Positions 39,799 through 48,187 of a DNA stretch of 64,000 nt are shown piece by piece. The stretch lies in NCBI GenBank assembly GCA_964472715.1, contig CAYYMT010000002.1:2602-66601 (forward strand). The letters are read 5' to 3'. The stretch comes from an uncultured bacterium. GTDB taxonomy: Bacteria; Fidelibacterota; UBA2242; JAFGTP01. The position numbers were made by a program, and so were the translations under genes. Position 1 is the first letter of the stretch, and each line of letters opens with the position of its first letter. The notes under the pieces were generated by a model. That model was not told where the DNA came from. It searched no databases and saw nothing but the letters and a program-made list of their open reading frames with translations.

Positions 39799-40635
39799 AT
39801 GCCCGAATTACCCGAAGTAGAAACAATTGTACGATCTTTAAATAATCATGTGCGAAACCGTGTCATTACCGGCGTGACCATCAATTTTGCCAAAATCATC
39901 GCCAATCATCAACCCGCTCCTTTCCGGAATAAAGTGACTGGCAAAAAGATCATTGATATATCACGGCGGGGGAAATATATTGTCTTCCATCTATCAGAGA
40001 ATTGGTTTCTGATACTTCACCTGCGCATGACGGGGAAAGTCATCATAGCGCAGGATGATCAACAGGAAACCAAACATGACCACCTGGTGCTTACACTTGA
40101 TAATGATACGAGACTATTCTATAATGATACACGAAAATTCGGCCGGTTCTATCTGACCCAAAACCCTGAAGAAAAACTGGGCAGATTAGGCCCCGAACCT
40201 CTGAGTGAAAATTTTAGATCCATTAATTTTTACGAGAAACTTCAGGCCACACAGCGCAGGATCAAAGCGGTTTTGCTGGACCAGAGTATTGTGGCCGGAC
40301 TGGGAAATATCTACACCGATGAAGCGCTCTTTGAAGCCGGCATTCATCCGGAGCAGCCGGCATCAACAATCTCACGGCAGAAACAAAAAAAACTCTTTTT
40401 CGCAATCCAAAATGTCTTGCGGAAGGGAATTCAGAATAAAGGTACTTCTCTAGGCGATGGACAGACCAATTATGTCTCCTCAGACAGCGCCAGCGGCAGC
40501 AACCAACACTCGCTGCAGGTCTTTGCCCGCACCGGCCGGCCTTGCCCAAAGTGCCGGCGGCCTGTCAAAAAAATTGTCGTTGCTCAGCGGGGGACACATT
40601 ATTGCTCTAATTGTCAGCGGTTGCGGAAAGGGTAA
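39799..40635 (+). CDS. mutM: Formamidopyrimidine-DNA glycosylase
   Basis: 278 aa with the N-terminal MPELPEVET catalytic Pro2/Glu3 segment, an H2TH, and a C-terminal zinc finger (CPKCRRPV...CSNCQ). Confidence 0.9.
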   Translation: MPELPEVETIVRSLNNHVRNRVITGVTINFAKIIANHQPAPFRNKVTGKKIIDISRRGKYIVFHLSENWFLILHLRMTGKVIIAQDDQQETKHDHLVLTLDNDTRLFYNDTRKFGRFYLTQNPEEKLGRLGPEPLSENFRSINFYEKLQATQRRIKAVLLDQSIVAGLGNIYTDEALFEAGIHPEQPASTISRQKQKKLFFAIQNVLRKGIQNKGTSLGDGQTNYVSSDSASGSNQHSLQVFARTGRPCPKCRRPVKKIVVAQRGTHYCSNCQRLRKG

Positions 40636-40651
40636 ATTTTTCACACTAGAA

Positions 40652-41833
40652 TTATATGAACTTCCCAAAGGGCAGAAAATGTATTTTACATCCATTTTTC
40701 ACAATGCTCTCTTTTTCCACTTCAGAAATAACAAATCCTTCTTCGGGTTGATATTTTTTAATAAAACTTTGGAAAGCGCGGGTGACTTTCGGCCTTTTTT
40801 TAATTTCAACAGGAATTCGTTCATCTTTGATGAAATCGACTTCTGCCTGTGATGTGGTACGCCAATATTTAAGTTCAATTCCCTTTTTTAGATATTCTGA
40901 ATAGACAAGATTTTCATAAAATGCACCAATTTGCTGTTCATTAATCGAAAAATCGCCGGCACATTGATTTCTAAAACCATGATCCAGAAAATATATCTTG
41001 GGTACTTTCACGATTTCCAGCCGTTTATTTGTATAAAAAGTTGAACATCTTTTACAGATAAAGGTCTGTTCCAGGATATACATATACTTTTTTAATGTAT
41101 TAAAATTAAAGCCGGAAATTTGTGACAATTCATTGTATTGTAGCATATTTCCTATCTGCAATGCCAGGGCTTTGAGTAGTTTTATCAGTTGATCATTTTT
41201 ACTTAATTGCATAATTTCTTTTATTTCTCTCAACAAATAAGTGTCATATATGTTTTCCAATACAAATTTCTTTTCTTCATTTGAATCCGATAAAACAACC
41301 CGTGGATATCCGCCATACTGCATATATTCGTGAATGTATTTTTGTATTTTCGTATTTATTGTCTCTTTAAAAGCACCCTGCTTATAAATACCAAAGAGTT
41401 TTTCATCTTTAAATAAAAGAAATTCACTAAAAGAAAATGGATGAAGTTGAAAGATAAAAATTCTACCAACCAGATATTTTAAACTATTAATTGATAAATC
41501 CGTTGAAGATGAACCGGAGATAATAATTTTAATTTTTTGGGTGTCATAAATATATTTTAGATGTTTTCCTCCATTTTTTGCATATTGAACTTCATCTATA
41601 AATAAAAAATCATAACCAGCTACATGCAAATCAATAAAGGAATTGATATCATTTTCAAATAATTGTTTTACTTCTACATTTTCTAAAGTAATTGAATTTA
41701 CGTTTTGATATTTTTTTAATAAGTTGGTGATCATAGTTGTTTTGCCACATTGTCTGGCACCAACCACTGCAATAATCTCTTTTTTTTTCATGTATTTAAT
41801 AATTTTTTGTTCAATTTCTCTTTTAATATACAT
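40652..41833 (-). CDS. AAA-family ATPase with C-terminal DUF4143-like domain
   Basis: 393 aa with an N-terminal Walker A (VVGARQCGKTTM) and Walker B (LFIDEVQ). The C-terminal region is of the type often predicted to have a restriction-endonuclease-like fold. Confidence 0.65.
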   Translation of the reverse strand: MYIKREIEQKIIKYMKKKEIIAVVGARQCGKTTMITNLLKKYQNVNSITLENVEVKQLFENDINSFIDLHVAGYDFLFIDEVQYAKNGGKHLKYIYDTQKIKIIISGSSSTDLSINSLKYLVGRIFIFQLHPFSFSEFLLFKDEKLFGIYKQGAFKETINTKIQKYIHEYMQYGGYPRVVLSDSNEEKKFVLENIYDTYLLREIKEIMQLSKNDQLIKLLKALALQIGNMLQYNELSQISGFNFNTLKKYMYILEQTFICKRCSTFYTNKRLEIVKVPKIYFLDHGFRNQCAGDFSINEQQIGAFYENLVYSEYLKKGIELKYWRTTSQAEVDFIKDERIPVEIKKRPKVTRAFQSFIKKYQPEEGFVISEVEKESIVKNGCKIHFLPFGKFI

Positions 41834-41864
41834 TTTAAAACCTCTTAAAACTTAACAATCATAT

Positions 41865-41919
41865 AATTTTAACCCCGTTAAAATTACACTGTATTACAAT
41901 TTTAACCCCGTTAAAATTA
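41865..41919. promoter_or_regulatory. Two identical 22-bp palindromic operator-like repeats upstream of the AAA/DUF4143 ATPase gene
   Basis: AATTTTAACCCCGTTAAAATTA occurs at 41865..41886 and 41898..41919, a 33-bp period. Each copy is an inverted repeat AATTTTAAC-ccc-GTTAAAATT. A third half-site GTTAAAATT lies at 41927..41935. Confidence 0.55.
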
Positions 41920-41960
41920 AATTCCAAGGTTAAAATTGGTTTTTCTTATACTTTTAATTG

Positions 41961-42671
41961 TTAATTACTCCGCCTCAAAAACAATCTCATGGTCCACAAC
42001 AAAACCAAAACATGCACTAAAAACCCGATTCCCAGAAAAATCCAATAATTCTTTCCCTGCGCGAAATAGGCTTCGGCAATCCAGAAAGTCGGCATAATTC
42101 CGGCAAAATATTTCCACCAGGCCATGAAAAAATAGGCGATAACAGGACCTGCCACACTGATCCCCATGAGTTTTCCGATTGCCAGGCCTTCCACCTTATT
42201 GCTGGCCACACTGGCCATGATCAGGGCGTACATCGGTGTTTCCAGGGCTAAAATAATAATCAAGGGTAATAACCGCGGAAGATTCATCTCACCCAGATTA
42301 AAAATTATCAATATAAATAAGGACTGGAAAAAAACCGCCAGCATAGGCGCGAATACCTTGAACAGCAAATACCCCTCTTTGCGAATCGGTGTCACAGACA
42401 TGTAGGTGAGTATATTTTCATCCCGGTCATCCAATAGATTAAAACCGATCACCATGCCGGACATCATCGGCGCCATTGTCAAAATGAAGAGCGTTGCAAA
42501 ATTATAATGAATACTCAGGTCAAAATAGTCGATCAAATACCGCTGCGCTATTGGTAGTACAAAGCGAAACAGGGCCGCCATAAACAAAGGAATTCCAAGA
42601 ATTAGCAGCATAAAGGAATCCCTGAATATACTTTTTATTAAACTACTGCCTAAAACTTTTATTGCTCTCAT
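41961..42671 (-). CDS. ABC-2-type exporter permease
   Basis: 236 aa with 6 TM helices. It is the last gene of the TetR-ABC operon. Confidence 0.7.
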   Translation of the reverse strand: MRAIKVLGSSLIKSIFRDSFMLLILGIPLFMAALFRFVLPIAQRYLIDYFDLSIHYNFATLFILTMAPMMSGMVIGFNLLDDRDENILTYMSVTPIRKEGYLLFKVFAPMLAVFFQSLFILIIFNLGEMNLPRLLPLIIILALETPMYALIMASVASNKVEGLAIGKLMGISVAGPVIAYFFMAWWKYFAGIMPTFWIAEAYFAQGKNYWIFLGIGFLVHVLVLLWTMRLFLRRSN

Positions 42672-42729
42672 ATATCAATCCTTATTTAATAAAAATTCGC
42701 GATTATCCGTGTCATCAGCGAACCATCAC

Positions 42730-43428
42730 TTAATCTCCCGTCTGATCGATCACATATTTTACGAACCATTTTCGCGCCCAGTACCAGGCGATACCGATCC
42801 ACAAAATCAGCAAGCCAATATCCAGCCATAAATACCCTGATTTTGTATCCAGAATAGCATAATACAATAAATTCAAAATTGAATGGGTAGGAATAAAGAA
42901 AAAGAGATTCCGGGGAAACAGGCCTAAAAAGCTTAATACCGGTAAAATTGTAAAAACCAAATACAACGGACTGATAAACAGATACCGGTTCACATCCCTG
43001 GCGCGGACACCGAGCGTAATCCCTACCAGGGTATAGATCGCTGATGCCAAAAGTATCGTCACTATCAATACAGGGATATGCAGATCAAACCCCACTAATA
43101 AAAAAGCAATTGCCAGGCTGCTGATCAATGCCAGAAGTCCCAGTGACAGGACTTTGGCCAGAATGTATTCATGCAGTCGCATGGGAGTTACAAAAAGCGA
43201 GGTCAGGGTTTTTTGGCCTTTCTCCAGCAACAACAATCCACCCACAAAATAAAACCCCAAAACTGTTGGGTCGGTGAATATCACATAAAAGAGTCCGATT
43301 TTTGTATAATCTCCCGGCAGTTGCCTGATCAATAAAATATAAAACAGGCAGACAAAGAGATAGGCATAATAAAACCCGCTGCGAAACTGAATTTTCACAT
43401 CATTGATAGTGGCGGAGATCAATCTCAT
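42730..43428 (-). CDS. ABC-2-type exporter permease
   Basis: 232 aa with 6 TM helices. Its stop overlaps the ATPase gene. Confidence 0.7.
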   Translation of the reverse strand: MRLISATINDVKIQFRSGFYYAYLFVCLFYILLIRQLPGDYTKIGLFYVIFTDPTVLGFYFVGGLLLLEKGQKTLTSLFVTPMRLHEYILAKVLSLGLLALISSLAIAFLLVGFDLHIPVLIVTILLASAIYTLVGITLGVRARDVNRYLFISPLYLVFTILPVLSFLGLFPRNLFFFIPTHSILNLLYYAILDTKSGYLWLDIGLLILWIGIAWYWARKWFVKYVIDQTGD

Positions 43429-44291
43429 ATCAGCCTCTTTCCGGTTGTTTTGATAAAAACATCTTCCAGTGTCGCTTCCTGGGAATGGATGGTTTCAATT
43501 TTATGCTTTTTTATAATCTTTAGAAACTCCTTATTATTCCCCAAATACTCCATGGAAAAATTTTCCCGATTAATTTGTCCATCTACATGATATTCAACTG
43601 ATACTGTATTTTCACCGTTTTCCACTTTCAGTTTCTGCGGCGAATCGATCAGATCGATTTTCCCCTCAGTAATAAAAGCAACCCGGTCACAGACTTCGTC
43701 TGCGACATTCATATTGTGAGTCGTCAGAAAAATTGTTTTACCCTTTGATTTTTGTTGCCGGATCAGGTCTTTGACAATTTTCTGATTCACAGGATCAAGC
43801 CCGCTGGTGGGTTCGTCGAGAAACAGGATATCAGCATCGTTGAGCAAAGCGCGACAAAAATTCAGGCGGGCTTTCATTCCTTTGGAAAAATTTTCAAAGC
43901 GGACATCCTTATCTTTTTCTAATCCCACCGCACCCATCAGTTCAACAGGTTCAAGCGTACTGCCTTTGTAAAGGGAACGAAAAAAATTGAGGTTTTCCAG
44001 GGCGGTGAGTTTGCCGAAGAAATTAGGAAATTCAAAGGATACCCCAATATTTTCATAAAAATCAGCCGTGACCCGTTTGATCTCAATACCGTTTAAGATG
44101 ACGGAACCCGCATAATTCTTTAGAATACCGAACAGTATTTTTTGTGTCGTGGATTTCCCGGCTCCCGACGGCCCCAGGAACCCAAAAATCTCACCTTTAT
44201 CCACCTGAAAATTCATACCCTTAATGGTTTCATCCTTCCCATCGGGATAGGTGTAATGCAAATTTTCAACTTTAATCATTTTTGACCTCAT
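43425..44291 (-). CDS. ABC transporter ATP-binding protein
   Basis: 288 aa with Walker A (GPSGAGKST), ABC signature (LSGGMK-like FSKGMKARL) and Walker B (ILFLDEPTSGLD). Confidence 0.9.
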   Translation of the reverse strand: MRSKMIKVENLHYTYPDGKDETIKGMNFQVDKGEIFGFLGPSGAGKSTTQKILFGILKNYAGSVILNGIEIKRVTADFYENIGVSFEFPNFFGKLTALENLNFFRSLYKGSTLEPVELMGAVGLEKDKDVRFENFSKGMKARLNFCRALLNDADILFLDEPTSGLDPVNQKIVKDLIRQQKSKGKTIFLTTHNMNVADEVCDRVAFITEGKIDLIDSPQKLKVENGENTVSVEYHVDGQINRENFSMEYLGNNKEFLKIIKKHKIETIHSQEATLEDVFIKTTGKRLI

Positions 44292-44886
44292 TTGTGGTTA
44301 ATCCTTTTGCCAGCACTTCTGTGAACAATCTCATCACATCCTCATAAATATCTTCGCCAATTTCTTTTTTATGTAACGGCAACATAAAAAATCCACGGAG
44401 AAGCCCGATGATAATCGCCGGATTTTCTTTGACCAGATCACCCTGTTCCTGAAAAAATTTTATAAACTCGCTGGATTTTTTAAAATCCTGTGCAAAATGG
44501 GCTTCAATTCGTTCAGGCGGTAATTTTAAATACAAGCGCTCAACCAGGTTTTCTTTAAAAAACATTTTGAAAATTTTATTCTCATCGGTTTCTTTCAGGG
44601 ATTGCTTTACCAGGCGACGAATCGCTGATTCAGCGCTTCTCTCTGATGTCATTAATTCATCAAGCAATCTGTCACGAAACTTTTCCTGTTCTTCCAGCAC
44701 GGCAAAAAGAATATCTTCCTTGGAAGAAAAGATATTATAAAAGGTGCCCTTGGCGACTCCGGCGGCCGCGGTAATATCGTCTATACCGGTCTTTTTATAT
44801 CCCAGTGTGGAAAATAATTTTGTGGCTTCATCAATCATTTTCTGTTTGTAAAAATTTTTTTCTTTATCTGTAAACTTACGTGTCAT
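44272..44886 (-). CDS. TetR/AcrR-family transcriptional regulator
   Basis: 204 aa with an N-terminal TetR HTH (GYKKTGIDDITAAAGVAKGTFYNIFSSKEDIL). It is the first gene of the exporter operon. Confidence 0.85.
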   Translation of the reverse strand: MTRKFTDKEKNFYKQKMIDEATKLFSTLGYKKTGIDDITAAAGVAKGTFYNIFSSKEDILFAVLEEQEKFRDRLLDELMTSERSAESAIRRLVKQSLKETDENKIFKMFFKENLVERLYLKLPPERIEAHFAQDFKKSSEFIKFFQEQGDLVKENPAIIIGLLRGFFMLPLHKKEIGEDIYEDVMRLFTEVLAKGLTTNEVKND

Positions 44887-45118
44887 CGGTCACTCGCTCT
44901 CTAATTTTAAACCTCTGTGACTATTTCTATTAATTTAGTCATTGATAATTTACGCCTTACAATTTTAATTACAAATCTTTTTTTTATGGCATACTAACTT
45001 TAAGATTGTAACCTTAAAAAATCTAATTCGTCCAAGATTATCAGGGAATTTGAAAATTGAATAACTCTTTTATATATTGAAATTGTTATGAAAATCAAAC
45101 ACTAAAGCGGAGAATTAA

Positions 45119-46102
45119 ATGGACTTTAACCTCAATTTCAACATGCCCGAAAACAAAGGTGAATACAAAATCAAAAGCATGAATTCCAATGAATTATATG
45201 ACATTTTGATTTTAGGCGGCGGTCCGGCGGCCCTGACAGCAGCTGTATACTGTATGCGCAAAGGTGTCAAAACCGGTCTGATCACCGACAATGTCGGCGG
45301 ACAGGTAGCCGAAACCGCCAGTGTTGAAAATTATATGGGGTTCAAATATATCGAAGGCATGAGCCTGGTGGAAAAATTTGAAGAACAGGTCAAACAGTTT
45401 GAAATCGGTTTCCTGGAAAAATTTCCCGCTATTAAAATTGAAGGGGATCAGGAAAAAATAGTAACGGTTAAAGGTGGCAGGCAATTCAAATCCAAAGCCG
45501 TGATTGTTGCCACCGGAAAAAGTCCCCGCTGGCTCAATGTTCCCGGTGAGGAAAAATTCAAAGGCAATGGCATCGCTGTTTGCGCCACCTGCGACGCGCC
45601 CCTTTACAAAGATAAAAAAGTAATCGTGGTGGGCGGCGGCAATTCAGGTGTGGAAGCCGCCATTGATCTGGCCAGAGTTGCCAAACATGTCACAATTATT
45701 CAATTCATGGAAGATTTTACCGCTGATAAATCCCTAATAGATAATCTCAAAACCTATGATAACTGGGATGTCTATTTTAATTCACAGGTCACGGAAATAT
45801 CCGGAGATAAACGAATTGAACAGGTGGATATAGAAAATCGAACAACCAAAGACCATAAACTAATTGGCACCGACGGACTTTTTGTAGAGATCGGCTGGAT
45901 TCCAAATACGGATTTTCTGAAAGATACATTAACCCTGAATGAATGGAATGAAATAATTGTGGACTGCCAATGCAAAACCAATGTTTCCGGCATTTTTGCC
46001 GCCGGCGATGTAACATCAGTCCCTTACAAACAAATAATAATAGCAGCCGGTGAAGGGTCAAAAGCCGCCCTGGCTGCCTACGAATATATACTGAAGAACT
46101 AA
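45119..46102 (+). CDS. Thioredoxin-reductase-like FAD/NAD(P)H disulfide oxidoreductase
   Basis: FAD GxGxxA (ILGGGPAALTAAVY), the redox-active CATCDA motif, and an NAD(P)H GGGNSGVEAA motif. The true start may be the internal M (MNSNELYDIL). Confidence 0.8.
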   Translation: MDFNLNFNMPENKGEYKIKSMNSNELYDILILGGGPAALTAAVYCMRKGVKTGLITDNVGGQVAETASVENYMGFKYIEGMSLVEKFEEQVKQFEIGFLEKFPAIKIEGDQEKIVTVKGGRQFKSKAVIVATGKSPRWLNVPGEEKFKGNGIAVCATCDAPLYKDKKVIVVGGGNSGVEAAIDLARVAKHVTIIQFMEDFTADKSLIDNLKTYDNWDVYFNSQVTEISGDKRIEQVDIENRTTKDHKLIGTDGLFVEIGWIPNTDFLKDTLTLNEWNEIIVDCQCKTNVSGIFAAGDVTSVPYKQIIIAAGEGSKAALAAYEYILKN

Positions 46103-46119
46103 CTAAAAAGGAGTTTATT

Positions 46120-46764
46120 ATGAGTCTTTTTAATGAAGAAGCACAAAAACAAATAAAGACAATTCTTGATAAAATGGAAGATAAGGTTGAACTGATTTTT
46201 TTTACTCAGGAATTTGAATGTGAGAGTTGCAAGGATGCCCATGAATTTGTAAATGAAGTATCAGCACTAAGTGACAAACTGGATTTTACGGTTTATGATT
46301 TTGTGAAAAACCAGGATGAAGTAAAAGCATTGGGAATCAAACAAATTCCGGCCATTGCCCTGGCGGATAAAGATGGAAACGATACACGAATGCGTTTTTA
46401 TGGCATTCCCGGTGGGTATGAGATCAATTCTTTTCTCACCAGTGTGGTAGAAGTTTCCGGCGGCGGCGAGCCTCTGGAGGAGGCCATTATGGAACGCATT
46501 AAAAAAATAGAAAAAGATGTCCATATCCAGGTTTTTGTCACCATGAGTTGTCCTTACTGCCCGCAGGCGGTTATCAATGCCCATCGCCTGGCCCTGGAAA
46601 GTCCGAAAGTAGTTGCTGATATGGTGGAAGCCGGGACTTTTCCCCATTTATCCAACAAACATAATGTCACCGGAGTCCCGAAAATTGTGATCAATAATGG
46701 CGCTGAAGAACTGGTTGGCGCGCAGCCACTGGAAGTGATGCTGGATAAAATAGAAGCCCTCTGA
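46120..46764 (+). CDS. Protein-disulfide oxidoreductase-like protein with two thioredoxin-fold units (glutaredoxin-like)
   Basis: 214 aa with two CxxC motifs (CESC in unit 1, CPYC in unit 2), resembling the archaeal/Thermotoga PDO proteins that partner with thioredoxin-reductase-like enzymes. It lies 17 bp downstream of the reductase gene. Confidence 0.7.
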   Translation: MSLFNEEAQKQIKTILDKMEDKVELIFFTQEFECESCKDAHEFVNEVSALSDKLDFTVYDFVKNQDEVKALGIKQIPAIALADKDGNDTRMRFYGIPGGYEINSFLTSVVEVSGGGEPLEEAIMERIKKIEKDVHIQVFVTMSCPYCPQAVINAHRLALESPKVVADMVEAGTFPHLSNKHNVTGVPKIVINNGAEELVGAQPLEVMLDKIEAL

Positions 46765-46784
46765 TTTTTTTATAAAATATAACG

Positions 46785-46817
46785 AAAGGGGAGCTGTTAT
46801 CGCTCCCTTTTTTAATT
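46785..46817 (+). terminator. Rho-independent terminator after the oxidoreductase pair
   Basis: A GGGGAGC...GCTCCC stem with a 7-nt loop is followed by TTTTTTAATT. Confidence 0.65.
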
Positions 46818-46875
46818 CTGGCGGGAACTATTCAAATTAAAAAAACGTAGTAAAAGCAATTATGGGAGATCAATA

Positions 46876-47685
46876 ATGACCAAAGAAAAAATTATCAGCG
46901 AAATTAAATCCTGGACGATGATCATATTGATTGCTTTTATAATCAAGTCATCGATTTTTGCCGCTTACTTTGTACCCACCGGATCCATGGAAAATACAAT
47001 CCTCACCGGCGATTTTCTGATTGGAAACAATATGAGTTATAATATCCATACACCTGACCGGATTGGCATTCCTTTTACCAAAATCGGCCTGGATATTCCC
47101 CGCTTACAGATGCGCGGCTTTAAAAAACTTCAGCAAGGTGATATTGTCATCTTCCGCTATCCGAAAGACCACTCCCTCAATTATGTCAAACGGTGTGTAG
47201 CCTTACCGGGCCAATACCTGCAAATCATTAACAAGCAAATAATTGTTGATGATAAAATATTTTCCAATGCCGCTGAAACTAAATTTACGCGGGAAAATAG
47301 CTATGGAAATCACCTGGTGAATCGCGGTATTTTCCCAAAAAACAACGGGAATGAGGACAATTATTCGGAAATCTATGTGCCGCAGAAAGGTGATACCCTG
47401 TATTTTAACGATCATAATTTTGAACTGATCAAAAATGTAGCCTGGTTGTCCGGAGATTCTATTTCGAAAAAGGATGCGCAGCAATATTATGTGACAAAAC
47501 AGCATTACTATTTCATGATGGGTGACAACCGGGACGAAAGTTATGACAGCCGGTTTTGGGGGTTTGTACCCGAATCCCTGATTGTCGGAGAACCACTGAT
47601 TCTGCTGTCTTCCTTTGACCTGGACCAACCGGGCTGGAATATTTTTAACCGCATCCGCTGGCGCAGGATTGGAAAACTTTTTTAA
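46876..47685 (+). CDS. lepB: Signal peptidase I
   Basis: 269 aa with an N-terminal TM anchor, the S26 catalytic Ser box (GSMENTILTGD) and the Lys box / box E (GDNRDESYDSRFWGFVP). Confidence 0.9.
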   Translation: MTKEKIISEIKSWTMIILIAFIIKSSIFAAYFVPTGSMENTILTGDFLIGNNMSYNIHTPDRIGIPFTKIGLDIPRLQMRGFKKLQQGDIVIFRYPKDHSLNYVKRCVALPGQYLQIINKQIIVDDKIFSNAAETKFTRENSYGNHLVNRGIFPKNNGNEDNYSEIYVPQKGDTLYFNDHNFELIKNVAWLSGDSISKKDAQQYYVTKQHYYFMMGDNRDESYDSRFWGFVPESLIVGEPLILLSSFDLDQPGWNIFNRIRWRRIGKLF

Positions 47686-47722
47686 TCTGAATTCCGATCA
47701 TTTCTGAATTTTCTTTCGTTTC

Positions 47723-47797
47723 ATTCGTTCCCAAATCCCCCCATTCACTCGTTCCCAAATCCCCCCATTCACTCGTTCCCAAATTGTATTTGGGAAC
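47723..47797. repeat. Tandem 24-bp repeats (about 3 units) ending in a perfect 23-bp palindrome, copy A
   Basis: The units are cattcGTTCCCAAATCCCCCC, ATTCACTCGTTCCCAAATCCCCCC and ATTCACTCGTTCCCAAAT. These are followed by the palindrome GTTCCCAAATtgtATTTGGGAAC at 47775..47797. Confidence 0.8.
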
Positions 47798-48120
47798 GCA
47801 CCCACCCGAAGTTTCAGAACCATTTTCCAAATATAATGTGAGCACAAGTAGCAACACTTCTCAATAACATTGTCCGGAGTATAGTTCAGGAAGTAGGCTG
47901 AAGCCTACTGGCTGTTTCGATTTAGCTTTTTCTCCACCACAATGAATTGTGGTGTTATTCTGAAATTCTTTCACTCGTAGGGCTGTCCCAAAAGGTACAA
48001 TAATTATTAAAATTCAGGGTTATTTTATATTTCACCGAACAGGACAATAGGAATTGTCCTCTACATTTTTTTAACAAAGAAACTTTTAAGACAGCCGCTT
48101 ATTCTGATATTTCTCCTTGC

Positions 48121-48177
48121 AATTCACTTCGTTCCCGAATCCCCCTATTCACTCGTTCCCAAATTGTATTTGGGAAC
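48121..48177. repeat. Second copy of the repeat/palindrome element, copy B
   Basis: AATTCACTTCGTTCCCGAATCCCCCT, then ATTCACTCGTTCCCAAAT, then the identical palindrome GTTCCCAAATTGTATTTGGGAAC at 48155..48177. It is in the same orientation as copy A, about 380 bp away. Confidence 0.8.
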
Positions 48178-48187
48178 GCATCCATTA

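Noticed and set aside
41865-41919. Direct repeats as a minimal CRISPR array
   Set aside because: There are only two 22-bp copies with an 11-bp spacer. Each repeat is an internally palindromic, operator-like half-site pair in a promoter region, and there are no cas genes in the window.
47645-47857. 70-aa ORF on the minus strand encoding a GTSEWGDL repeat
   Set aside because: It is the translation of the 24-bp tandem DNA repeat. It has no RBS or start context, and the periodicity is at the nucleotide level.
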